Assembly: GCA_965209055.1 (NCBI GenBank)
Contig: OZ242374.1
Coordinates: forward strand, 4,672,001 to 4,736,000
From: Acidobacteriota bacterium
Lineage (GTDB): Bacteria > Acidobacteriota > UBA6911 > RPQK01 > JAJDTT01
DNA length: 64,000 nt
Reading direction: 5' to 3'
Part shown: piece after piece, positions 51,353-60,499 of the stretch
Position numbering within the stretch: the first letter of the stretch is position 1
Layout of the letters: each line of letters starts with the position of its first letter
Program-made: the position numbers and the translations under genes
Notes under the pieces: generated by a model
What the model was told of the DNA's origin: nothing
Seen by the model: only the letters and a program-made list of their open reading frames with translations
Databases searched by the model: none

Positions 51353-51733
51353 TCAGTTGGTGTGGCGGTTCAGTACCGACTGATAATAGTTCTTTATCTT
51401 TTCCAGTTTGGGAAGAATGTCCCGGTCCACGACCCCACGGTCCCAGGTACGAGCCTTGTAACGTGCACAGTAGGCACTTGACTTCAGGGGGCCATAGAAG
51501 CGGACCAAATTGCGTCTCAGGTCGGGATGGGAGGCAACTACCCTCGCCCTCGTCTCGTGGCTGTGGGGGTCAAAACGACATGTTGGAATTATGTCGATGA
51601 TGGCATCGACATAATGAAGGGCCGCATATCCCGCGACAACAACCGCCCAAGTCCAGTGTGTGCGGGATTTCAACAAGTAATCCAAACACTCCTCGCACTC
51701 TTTCGCCTTCCGCAAGTGCTGTTCATAGGTCAT
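51353..51733 (-). CDS. HEPN-like domain protein (putative toxin)
   Basis: H..KA...W.VV..YAALH.V.A...H..R...Y..L.....ARY pattern; 126 aa, helical. Confidence 0.65.
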   Translation of the reverse strand: MTYEQHLRKAKECEECLDYLLKSRTHWTWAVVVAGYAALHYVDAIIDIIPTCRFDPHSHETRARVVASHPDLRRNLVRFYGPLKSSAYCARYKARTWDRGVVDRDILPKLEKIKNYYQSVLNRHTN

Positions 51734-52271
51734 TGGACAGGACTTTGAACTCGTCGGAGACAGTTACTGAGTGTGGCAGAACGTAACAGTCAAAACCGAA
51801 AATCCGATTGGAGACGATCAAGTCAGCCTCAAAATCGAAAACCTCGCCGACCTCGTCATAGTCCAGATCCTTGAAGAGAGACCAGACGACAACAGTACTG
51901 CTCCTCCGAAGATAGACCACACTGTGGGCATTCGGGAAGGTCGCAAACACGCGGTCGGCGAATGACTGCATGATGTCTTCCAAACGTGCGGCATCCCGCT
52001 GCACAACAACTTGAGTCGCTGGTTCAGTACTGAGGGAACGAACGTCTCCAGTTAGTACCGGTGCCCAACCGGAATTCCAACAGCGACCCAGATCTCCCAG
52101 GGCCATCAGGTCCAATCCATCGGCCACCTTGGGCGTTGTGCCGTCACGAACGGACTGTGGACGCTGCCACGCCTGTCCTTCAAGGAGAGCGTCCTGGCAA
52201 GATACGAATCTTGGATGGTCAACCATCACCGATCCGGTCAGGCTACGAGATGACGAGACTTGGTATTTCAT
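51723..52271 (-). CDS. Hypothetical protein, C-terminus resembles a degenerate MNT-like antitoxin
   Basis: Low-complexity N-half, then V.VW....D....VF.FE..L.....FDCYVLP; TGATG coupling to upstream gene. Confidence 0.5.
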   Translation of the reverse strand: MKYQVSSSRSLTGSVMVDHPRFVSCQDALLEGQAWQRPQSVRDGTTPKVADGLDLMALGDLGRCWNSGWAPVLTGDVRSLSTEPATQVVVQRDAARLEDIMQSFADRVFATFPNAHSVVYLRRSSTVVVWSLFKDLDYDEVGEVFDFEADLIVSNRIFGFDCYVLPHSVTVSDEFKVLSNDL

Positions 52272-52519
52272 CAATGAACCTCTTCTTCGTCAGGACTCCG
52301 CGACACGTCCACTACATTCGAAGAACGAACCAAGAAGATCGGCTCTCCGTTGGCGTCCTTTCTGTTGAGACGGTGGATCTTGGTCGCCACCAGTTTGATA
52401 CGAACCGTTGATCCGTCCTCGCACGAATACTCGTTCCAGTCTTCGCGGACCGAGGAGAACCCAAGCTCCGTCGAGGGTTCCCATTTCCCGTCAACCATGA
52501 TTCGCGTTTTCTTAGACAC
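52271..52519 (-). CDS. Small beta-rich hypothetical protein
   Basis: 82 aa, EDWNEY..EDGS..RIK.V...D.NGEP.F.V.S.NVV; GGAGG RBS. Confidence 0.75.
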   Translation of the reverse strand: MSKKTRIMVDGKWEPSTELGFSSVREDWNEYSCEDGSTVRIKLVATKIHRLNRKDANGEPIFLVRSSNVVDVSRSPDEEEVH

Positions 52520-52626
52520 TACAATCCTCCAATTTCATTAGAATCAGGTACTTACGGATTCAAGATGATTAGACGCGACCACACACCGCCAACAGTTTCT
52601 CCATCACCTCATGCAAAAGTACCACA

Positions 52627-54348
52627 CTACACAGCCTCCCCGCTAGTTGGTCGGTCGTGTCCTAGTGCGGGGGCAACGGATGCCAGCACGTCATGCAGAA
52701 GGGAATCGAGGAGACGATGGCGGGTGCCATCGGCGGTACCGATACCGGCTTCCAGCCGATGGCAGAGCACCATGAGTTCATCGACCTTGCCGACGATGCG
52801 GTGCTGCTCGGCGAGCGGCGGCAAGGGAAGCGGCAAGGCCCGGAGAATTGCCTGATTGATCTTTGGCATTGTTTTCTGCGCCCCGGTTGCGTTTTCCGAG
52901 AAGTAGTTCCTGGCCGCGGGAGATACACAAAAGAGATGTACGAATCTCAAGCTGACTTCGGAAGAAAGCCTCACGCGTATCATCAAATCCGGGAAGATGA
53001 ACTCTCCCGGCGGACCATCGTAGATCGCAGCCATGCCGACGTATTCGCGGGTATTGCCGCGCTGAAACAACAAATCGTTAGGTTGGAGCCAAAACTCCGA
53101 GTCTGGCCCGATGACCGCGTCAACTCGCTTGAAGTGGGAGATGTCAAAGGTGCCGCTTGTCGTGGCGCTAAGAGTGACTGCCCTTGGCGCATCCTCCCTT
53201 GCTGACGGGCGTGGCGACAGCCCATTCCTTGGGCCAGCAACGATTACGTGTCCTAGCTGTCCCCACGCCCAGTTGGACGGCAGCGCATACATGCCTTGGA
53301 TGGGATTGCGGCACTTGTCCGGACGCGGCGAGGACAGACGCGCAGACTTTATTCGCGCGTGAACTTCTTGACCGGAGCCCTCCTCTGGATTTGGCTCCAC
53401 GAGCTTCCCCCGCACGGCGAGGCCAAGAATCGTCTGGCGTAGATGCCTGATCTGATCGGCACGAGCGGTCAGTGCGGGCAGGGCATCGACGGCAAAGCGC
53501 GCGTGAGAACGAAACGTCGGCGCGTCGATGTCGGGTGCGTTCAGACGGGTCAGGCTGGCCTTGGTCAGCCGGTCGCGGGTGTCCTCCCGCACGGTGCGTG
53601 CTTCCTCCAACTGGTCGCAGACGGCCATGAGTTCGTCGACCTTGGCAGCTATGCGGTGCTGCTCGGCAAGGGGCGGGAGGGGAAAAGGAATGCTCAGTAA
53701 CTCTTTGAGCTTGATGCCCTTCACTGTCAGGCCAGTTCCTTCGAAACCGTGCGTCAGGAAAAAATTGTAGGTGTAGTCAACGCTCAATAGGTCCGACAGG
53801 ATAAGCGCTCGCAGGTCTTGATTAATGGCAACAGCGACCCTGTTGATCGATACCTTGCCTAGCCCCATGCGGGTCACGACAAGGAGGTTGTCCGGCTCAA
53901 TGAGGTTCGATGAACTGTTCTCAAGGCCAGCCTCTGTGATGCGGTCAATGGTGTCATCGAGATACTTGGACTTGCCAACGTCCTTGACGCTTGCCCAGCG
54001 CACCGAACCACCCCAGTATTTCCCATTGCTTTTCGAAGGTGTCCCACCTCCAAGATGCTTGACTATGACGTCGCCCAGTGCGACGAAGGACCAGCCTGAG
54101 GGCAAGTCATAAGAAGGTTCATCGACTACTTCTATCCGCTTCAGTTTCCTGATCAGTCCCGCCTTCACCAGCCGCGCCTTCTGCGCCGCCATCCGTTTCA
54201 GCAATTCCGCCGCCGGTTCATCCGACGGATCCTGCTCCACCAGCTTCCCCCGCACGGCAAGATCCAGCACGAAGCGGCGCAGACGGCCAACGGCGCCTGG
54301 TGCCTCGGCTACGCGGTCATAGAGGGCGAACAGGCGGTCGGCATTCAC
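52627..54348 (-). CDS. hsdS: Type I R-M specificity subunit
   Basis: Two TRDs with repeated LAVRGKLVE and PLPPLAEQHRI. Confidence 0.95.
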   Translation of the reverse strand: MNADRLFALYDRVAEAPGAVGRLRRFVLDLAVRGKLVEQDPSDEPAAELLKRMAAQKARLVKAGLIRKLKRIEVVDEPSYDLPSGWSFVALGDVIVKHLGGGTPSKSNGKYWGGSVRWASVKDVGKSKYLDDTIDRITEAGLENSSSNLIEPDNLLVVTRMGLGKVSINRVAVAINQDLRALILSDLLSVDYTYNFFLTHGFEGTGLTVKGIKLKELLSIPFPLPPLAEQHRIAAKVDELMAVCDQLEEARTVREDTRDRLTKASLTRLNAPDIDAPTFRSHARFAVDALPALTARADQIRHLRQTILGLAVRGKLVEPNPEEGSGQEVHARIKSARLSSPRPDKCRNPIQGMYALPSNWAWGQLGHVIVAGPRNGLSPRPSAREDAPRAVTLSATTSGTFDISHFKRVDAVIGPDSEFWLQPNDLLFQRGNTREYVGMAAIYDGPPGEFIFPDLMIRVRLSSEVSLRFVHLFCVSPAARNYFSENATGAQKTMPKINQAILRALPLPLPPLAEQHRIVGKVDELMVLCHRLEAGIGTADGTRHRLLDSLLHDVLASVAPALGHDRPTSGEAV

Positions 54349-55796
54349 CGCAACAGTGCCTCGGTCAAGATTCCTTTCAACTGGTCTCGTACCGATATCA
54401 CCTCGGCCTCGGCACGCGTCAACTCCTCCAGAAGCGTCTCGGGATCGCCATGATCTTCTTCCTCGGTATGAGGGTTCTTGATGTCGAGGTTGTATCCGCG
54501 CGCCGTAATCTCCTCAACAGTCACCTTCCAGGCGCGATCACCCTCCTCTCGACCCGTGCGTTCCATCCCACCCCACCAAGCAGCACAGTCCTCAAGATGC
54601 TCCAGCCGGATGGGTCGGGTCATGGAATAGGCTTTTTGGCCTTCGGGAACGAGATGTTCCCAGAACCAGATGTCCTTGGTCGGTTCGCCCTTCTCAAAGA
54701 ACAGCAAGTTTGTCCCGATCGAGGCGTAGGGACGGAACACCGAATTCGGCAGGCGCACGATGGTGTGAAGATTGCATTGCTCCATCAGTTGCTCCTTGAG
54801 CCGGGTCTTGACGCCCTCGCCGAACAGGGACCCGTCGGGTAGGACCACGGCAGCCCTGCCGCCCGGTTTCAGAAGCCGGATGATCAAAGCTAGGAACAGA
54901 TCCGCCGTCTCGCGCGTCTGGAAGTGCTTCGGGAAGTTGGACTCGATGCCGTCCTCCTCCTTGCCGCCGAACGGCGGATTGGTCAGCACAATGTCCACGC
55001 GCTCGTCCCTGCCCCAGGAGATATAGGGACGCGCCAGCGTGTTGTCGTGGCGCAGAAAGGACGGATCCTCGATGCTGTGCAGGAGCATGTTCGTAACGGC
55101 GAGCATGTGGGGAAGCGGCTTCTTCTCAACCGCCCGAAGGGAGGTTTGCATTCTTGCTTCGTCCTCGGGCCGCTTCACGTACCGTTCGCGCATGTGCCGG
55201 ACGGCGCAGGTGAGGAACCCGCCGGTGCCGCACGCCGGATCAAACAGGGTCTCCCCGGGTTTCGGGTCGATCATCCGGGCCATGAACGAGGTCACGGCCC
55301 GTGGCGTGTAGTATTCGCCCGCATTGCCGGCCGATTGGAGATCGTTCAGGATCTGCTCGTAGATGTCGCCAAAGTGCCGGCGGGCAGCCAGGTTGTTGAA
55401 GTCGATCCCGTTGATCTTGTTGACGACTTGCCGCATCAGTTGCCCGGACTTCATGTAGTTGTAGGCATCCTCGAACACGTCGCGCACGACGTTCGCGCGA
55501 GGGGCGGCACTGGGCAAGAGTTTCTTCAACTGCGGAAAGAGATCACCATTGACGAAGTCGAGCAGATCCTCGCCCGTGATGCCTTCCGGGTCGGCGGCCC
55601 AACTCCGCCACTGCAAGGAGTCAGGTAAGGGTGAACGGTATCCGTCCTTAAGTACTTCGAGCTCCCGGTCCTGATCGTCGATGATCTTGAGAAAGAACAT
55701 CCAGCACAGTTGGCTGATGCGCTGCGCATCGCCATCAACGCCCACGTCCTGGCGCATGATGTTCTGAATGGACTTGACGAGGGTGCTGACGGACAT
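54345..55796 (-). CDS. hsdM: Type I R-M N6-adenine methyltransferase
   Basis: GEYYTPR, DPACGTGGFL, TNPPFGG. Confidence 0.97.
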   Translation of the reverse strand: MSVSTLVKSIQNIMRQDVGVDGDAQRISQLCWMFFLKIIDDQDRELEVLKDGYRSPLPDSLQWRSWAADPEGITGEDLLDFVNGDLFPQLKKLLPSAAPRANVVRDVFEDAYNYMKSGQLMRQVVNKINGIDFNNLAARRHFGDIYEQILNDLQSAGNAGEYYTPRAVTSFMARMIDPKPGETLFDPACGTGGFLTCAVRHMRERYVKRPEDEARMQTSLRAVEKKPLPHMLAVTNMLLHSIEDPSFLRHDNTLARPYISWGRDERVDIVLTNPPFGGKEEDGIESNFPKHFQTRETADLFLALIIRLLKPGGRAAVVLPDGSLFGEGVKTRLKEQLMEQCNLHTIVRLPNSVFRPYASIGTNLLFFEKGEPTKDIWFWEHLVPEGQKAYSMTRPIRLEHLEDCAAWWGGMERTGREEGDRAWKVTVEEITARGYNLDIKNPHTEEEDHGDPETLLEELTRAEAEVISVRDQLKGILTEALLR

Positions 55797-55799
55797 CTC

Positions 55800-58154
55800 T
55801 TACGCGACCTCTTGATAGAGAGCGGACTGTACATCGTGCACCGCCCGCTCGAAACCGGGCTTCCCGCCGAACGCGCGGACCAGTTCCAACGGTGTGCCGA
55901 GTCGGTCGAGTGGAGCGATCCTGAGAAACTTGGCGTCGTCGATATTGAGCATACCCTCGTCCGCGTACTTGTCGAGCAACGCATCGAGCACAGCGCGGGC
56001 CTGACCTCCGTATTTCGTGAACACATCCCGCTTCTTGACGTTCTCGGCCCGCTCACGGCGGGTCAGCGGTTTGGCGTCGAAGGCGACGTGGCAGACGAGA
56101 TCGAAGGGGTCGAGATCCTTGTCCAGCTCTTGCGCGATCACTGTAAGCGGCAGGCCCTCGGCCTCCATCTCGTCAATGATCGCCTGCTTGCGCTCGGCGG
56201 CTTTCCATCGGGTCAGGAAGTCGTCAAGGCTCGCGAAGCGCCTACGCAAGGCCTTCCTCGTGAAATCGCGTAGCGACTCGGTCACCAGCTTGCCGTGCCC
56301 GTCGAGATACTGCACCCGCGCGGCGACGATGGCCACTTGGACGCCATCGACATAGATTTTCTTCTGTGGCCCCGGTGGCGGATCTACGTCGCCGTTCCCG
56401 TTCGGGCCGGGGTCCGGCCCATCGGGTGGCGCGATCGGACCGTCTTCCTCCGGCCTGTAAATCTGGACCGGCTCGCCGTCGAAGTCCGGGTCCGCGAAAT
56501 GACCGGTCGCCCCCCGGAAGTCGATGAGCGTGAAGTAGAACTTTCCTGTGTCTTCGTGAACGCGGGTACCGCGGCCGACGATCTGCTTGAACTCGGTCAT
56601 CGACCCCACCTTTCGGTCGAGTACGATCAACCGGCAAGTCTGGACATCGACGCCGGTGGATAGCAGGCGCGACGTGGTGACCAGGACAGGATATCTCGAT
56701 TCCGGGTCGATGAAGTTCCCGAGCTCGGCCTGTCCCGCAGCATCGCCACCGGTGATCCGCATGACGTAACATGAGTTGCCCTCGACGAGATCCGCGTTCT
56801 CGTTGATCAGTGCCTGGCGCATCCGCGCGGCGTGTTCCTGATCGACGCAAAAGATGATCGCTTTCTGGAAGCGGTCGCCACTCTCCTTCAGGAAAGTTGT
56901 GACCTTTTCCGCGACGAGTGTCGTCCGCTCGTCGATGACCAGAGTTCGGTCGAAGTCCGTCAAGTTGTAAATGCGATCCTTAACTGGCTCGCCGACGCGG
57001 TCGACCTTTCCCTTCTCTGGGCGGTAGCCCTCCACGTCACGATCGATATGGACCTTGACCACCTTGTAAGGCGCGAGGAAACCGTCTTGGATGCCCTGCT
57101 TCAAGGAGTAGGAGTAGACCGGCGCCCCGAAATAGGCAATGTTGGAGATGTACTTCGTCTCCTTCGGTGTGGCCGTGAGGCCGATCTGGGTTGCGGAGGA
57201 GAAGTATTCGAGGATCTCGCGCCATGCCGAATCGGCGGCGGCACTACCCCGGTGGCATTCATCGATCACGATCAGATCGAAGAACCCCGGCGTGAAATTC
57301 CGGTAGGCCTTCTGGTATTCCTCCGGCCCGGTAATCGCCTGATAGAGACCGAGATAGACCTCGTACGCGGGGTCGATACGGCGCGAGAGCTTGGTCATCT
57401 TACCGCCGAACGGGCGGAAATCGTTCGTCATCGTCTGGTCGACAAGCACGTTGCGGTCGGCGAGGAACAGAATGCGCCTCTTGCGTCGTGCCTTCATTAG
57501 CCTCCAGATAATTTGGAAGGCGGTGTACGTCTTGCCCGTACCTGTGGCCATGACGAGTAGGATACGGTCCTGCCCCTTGGCGATGGCCTCGATCGTCGCG
57601 TTGATGGCGTTGACCTGATAGTAGCGCGGCGTCTTGCCGCCGCCGTCATCGAAATAGTCTTGAAGGACGATCTCCTCTGCTTCCGGCGTCAGGCCCTTCC
57701 AGGCCCGATAGCGCGCCCACAGATCGGTGGGTGACGGAAAGTCTTCGAGAGAAAGGTTCGACTCAAGCGGTGTACTGGCCGCCGTGCGGTCGTGGAACAC
57801 GAAGCCGTCGCCGTTGGAAGAGAACGCGAAGGGAACGTTCAGGATCTCAGCGTAATCCAGAGCCTGCTGCATGCCGTCGCCGACGCTGTGGGAATTGTCC
57901 TTTGCCTCAATCACCGCGATCGGGATGTTCGGCTTGACATAGAGGACGTAATCGGCGCGTTTGCCTTTGCCGCGTGCGACCAGCTTGCCGCGCACGACGA
58001 TGCGGCCCTTTGTGAAGCTCACCTCCTCTCGAATCTGGGACATCTCGTCCCACCCGGCGTTGCGAAGGGCGGGCGTGATGAACTTCGTGCAGATGTCGCG
58101 CTCCGAGAGGCCTCTGTTGTCCATCCGGCTCAGAGGCCCCCCGTTCTGTTCCAC
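55800..58154 (-). CDS. hsdR: Type I R-M restriction subunit (EcoAI/EcoEI-like); alternative start 58124
   Basis: AD...IEAK nuclease motif, [38 protein letters not shown]-terminal domain. Confidence 0.96.
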   Translation of the reverse strand: MEQNGGPLSRMDNRGLSERDICTKFITPALRNAGWDEMSQIREEVSFTKGRIVVRGKLVARGKGKRADYVLYVKPNIPIAVIEAKDNSHSVGDGMQQALDYAEILNVPFAFSSNGDGFVFHDRTAASTPLESNLSLEDFPSPTDLWARYRAWKGLTPEAEEIVLQDYFDDGGGKTPRYYQVNAINATIEAIAKGQDRILLVMATGTGKTYTAFQIIWRLMKARRKRRILFLADRNVLVDQTMTNDFRPFGGKMTKLSRRIDPAYEVYLGLYQAITGPEEYQKAYRNFTPGFFDLIVIDECHRGSAAADSAWREILEYFSSATQIGLTATPKETKYISNIAYFGAPVYSYSLKQGIQDGFLAPYKVVKVHIDRDVEGYRPEKGKVDRVGEPVKDRIYNLTDFDRTLVIDERTTLVAEKVTTFLKESGDRFQKAIIFCVDQEHAARMRQALINENADLVEGNSCYVMRITGGDAAGQAELGNFIDPESRYPVLVTTSRLLSTGVDVQTCRLIVLDRKVGSMTEFKQIVGRGTRVHEDTGKFYFTLIDFRGATGHFADPDFDGEPVQIYRPEEDGPIAPPDGPDPGPNGNGDVDPPPGPQKKIYVDGVQVAIVAARVQYLDGHGKLVTESLRDFTRKALRRRFASLDDFLTRWKAAERKQAIIDEMEAEGLPLTVIAQELDKDLDPFDLVCHVAFDAKPLTRRERAENVKKRDVFTKYGGQARAVLDALLDKYADEGMLNIDDAKFLRIAPLDRLGTPLELVRAFGGKPGFERAVHDVQSALYQEVA

Positions 58155-58155
58155 G

Positions 58156-58344
58156 TCACTCCCGTTCCTCTGTTTCCGGTCGGGTACCAGGCATGTGGAG
58201 CGCCTTCATCGGCTCAAATTCCTCTACCGAGAACACCACGACAACCGGCCGCCGGTGCTTCGTAACCGTGAAGGGTGCGGCGCAGGCGAGGCCGATGAGG
58301 CGTCCAAAGCAGTACTTCACGTCTTTCGCGCTCAGTGTCCGCAT
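58156..58344 (-). CDS. Phd/YefM-family antitoxin-like protein, orphan, possibly decaying
   Basis: [15 protein letters not shown]....P..VTKH.RPVVVV.SVEEF. Confidence 0.75.
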   Translation of the reverse strand: MRTLSAKDVKYCFGRLIGLACAAPFTVTKHRRPVVVVFSVEEFEPMKALHMPGTRPETEERE

Positions 58345-58650
58345 GCCATTCCCAAAGTTGATGGCAAACGTCAATCTTGGACAATTTGGCTGACCGGAGC
58401 AAGGCGAAGTACCCACTTGGACCCTTCCCAATTCGTTATCGGACGCCAAGGTCAGCTAATCTCACTTGTCTATGGGCGTTCTGCTCCAGCGCTTCGACGA
58501 GGTCCCGGTTCCCATTCCGGATCGAGCGTTCAACCAGATCCACTTGCCACCCCGGATCAGCAAGACCGATGGCCTGCGCCGCCCCACAGAGGATTGACTA
58601 CACGGGTTGCCAGAGCCAGCCTTATTGGAGCCTTCCCGCCAGGGATAATT

Positions 58651-58752
58651 TGGACGGGAGCGACCCCCCCAAGGGGGTGTGGCGCAGATGTGAATTGCGC
58701 AACACCCCCGCGCCCGCACCGGGCAGCAAAAAGGGGGGGTCGCTCCCGTCCA
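58651..58752. repeat. Nested inverted repeats (three-way junction)
   Basis: Perfect 20-bp outer IR 58651-58670/58733-58752; 13/14-bp inner IR 58673-58686/58696-58709; small hairpin 58712-58724. Confidence 0.9.
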
Positions 58753-59567
58753 CCTCCATTTTCCCCGTGCGGCCACCCTGTGGCCGGAAATATGGCCGCA
58801 ACTGAGTGAAACGCCAAGGGATCGGGGGAGACGGATTTGTGAGTCACCGGGACCGCTTTTTGTGAATCCACCCCCTTTGTCCCATTCACATCCCGGATCG
58901 GGCGCGAGACCCTCTTTTCGCACAGCCGAAACGGCCCTCCATCAGCCTTTGCGACTGCCAAGTGCGGAACCGTCTCGGCAACCGTCTCGCAACGTTCGCA
59001 ACACTGCTCACTTGGCCCGACCCGATAGCCTCGCCTTCCGGCGCAGGTCCGCTCGAAGCCCATGGACCCCTGGATCGGTTCGGCTGTCCAGGCTCCCGAG
59101 ATTCCCCGTAGCGAGCGCGTCGGATCAATGGATGGGATCGGTCTCCAAGTCTTGAACTTCGCTGGCCTGGGAAACCGGGACCCGCCCCCGGAGATTAAGA
59201 CCACAACGGCAATCATGAGAAACGACCCTGATCGCCTTGGGCCTGATTGTTGCCGGTGGCTCTCTGGCGACGGGGGGGGCTGTTCCACGCCGTTGCGTAC
59301 CACGAAACCGTGACCGTGACGCTCATCAGGGCCTAGGGAAGTCGCTTCTCGCGGGCAGCCAACGGCCAGACGGCCACATTCTTCCCAACTCAGCCGGAGT
59401 CATCTGCCGCCAAGGCGAGGAAAGAGGTAAGGCTCTCCGCTAAAGGACCATGGGCTTGTTCAGACCTTCCCTAAAATCACGCCATCTGAACTTACCCAGT
59501 GAGCCGATTGCGGAGAAAAATACACATTTCATAGTGCGAGTCTGATCAATACCAGGAGGTAGGCATC

Positions 59568-60128
59568 ATGAGAATCCTTAGAGGCATGCGCAACAGGCGG
59601 TTTCGGAAGACGATGGCTGGGGGATTGGTCCCCTTGCTGCTCCTGGTGGTCTTGCCGGGGTGTGTCGCGCGGCACATGCCGGATTGGGAGAAGTTGGAGA
59701 ACATCCGTGACAACGCGATCACGCGGGTGGAACTGTATGAGGACAACACTCTTGGTGACGGCTCGACCAAGTACACGGGTCAGTTCTACGGGGCGTCCTC
59801 CCGGTCCATGACGATTGTGTCCACGGACGGGATGTCGCAGACGTTCCAGCGACCGGACATCCGCAAAGTGCTGGTCGAACGTGATTTCGGCAAGCGGTGG
59901 GCCGGATGGGTTGCCCTGGGCTTTGGATTGGCGCTTTGCTCAGGTTTTTTGAGTGACGATTTCGCTCCGAGTGCCCAGGTTCTATTCGGAATTGCTCTTC
60001 CTGTCGGTGTCTCCATCCCGTTTTTCATGGGCTCAAAGATGGGAGGCATTTACGAGATCCCTCCATCGCAAAGAGGAGAATGGAACCAGTATAGTGCTGG
60101 CCGACTGGAATCGAAGTCCGGCAATTAG
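59568..60128 (+). CDS. Putative lipoprotein with two C-terminal TM helices (island cargo)
   Basis: AGGAGGT RBS, basic N-region, LLLLVVLPG-C lipobox. Confidence 0.75.
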   Translation: MRILRGMRNRRFRKTMAGGLVPLLLLVVLPGCVARHMPDWEKLENIRDNAITRVELYEDNTLGDGSTKYTGQFYGASSRSMTIVSTDGMSQTFQRPDIRKVLVERDFGKRWAGWVALGFGLALCSGFLSDDFAPSAQVLFGIALPVGVSIPFFMGSKMGGIYEIPPSQRGEWNQYSAGRLESKSGN

Positions 60129-60316
60129 ATGTTTTTCCAAGGATCAACTTGTGATGAAGGTGAGTGAAGACGGGGAAGCCGTTGCCAATGGGAAACGAAT
60201 TTGTCAGGGTTCAGGGGTTGCCGAGCGTCGCTGTCCAAAGATCGATACAGCGCACGCATAATGTGTTTTGAACCTGGGGAACAAGGGAAAAGAGAAGAGA
60301 TTGTCGGCGTTCAGGA

Positions 60317-60471
60317 ACCGATTCGGCTGCCTGTTTGTTGCCTGTGCAGCACGCCAAACATGGGGAGTCAACCACTTTACCGATTCGGCGAAGAACCCGG
60401 TAATCCATTGAAAACGTTAATGTTTAGTAGTTATTGACTGAGGGACGGTTGGGATTGGAAATCGCCCCTCC
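60317..60471. promoter_or_regulatory. attR: arm-type repeats, accessory repeats, IHF-like site, core, REP remainder
   Basis: ACCGATTCGGC x2 (60317, 60379); TGCCTGTTTGTTGCCTGT 60328-60345; TAATCCATTGAAA 60401-60413; core 60453-60463, then GCCCCTCC. Confidence 0.7.
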
Positions 60472-60499
60472 TGGCGCGGACCGTTTATGATGTGGGGCA

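Larger units (their letters stand above)
49841..60463. mobile_element. Integrative genomic island (~10.6 kb) inserted in a REP hairpin
   Basis: Terminal direct repeat GATTGGAAATC (49841-49851, 60453-60463); int+xis at the left end; 18-bp arm-type repeat near both ends; defence cargo; partly more AT-rich than flanks. Confidence 0.88.

Noticed and set aside
53400-54260. Direct repeats in hsdS as a phase-variable shuffling locus
   Set aside because: They are the normal conserved regions flanking two TRDs; no inverted repeats or silent hsdS copy.
60434-60463. Hybrid promoter formed on circularisation (TTGACT at 60434)
   Set aside because: No -10-like hexamer at 16-18 bp in the reconstructed attP.
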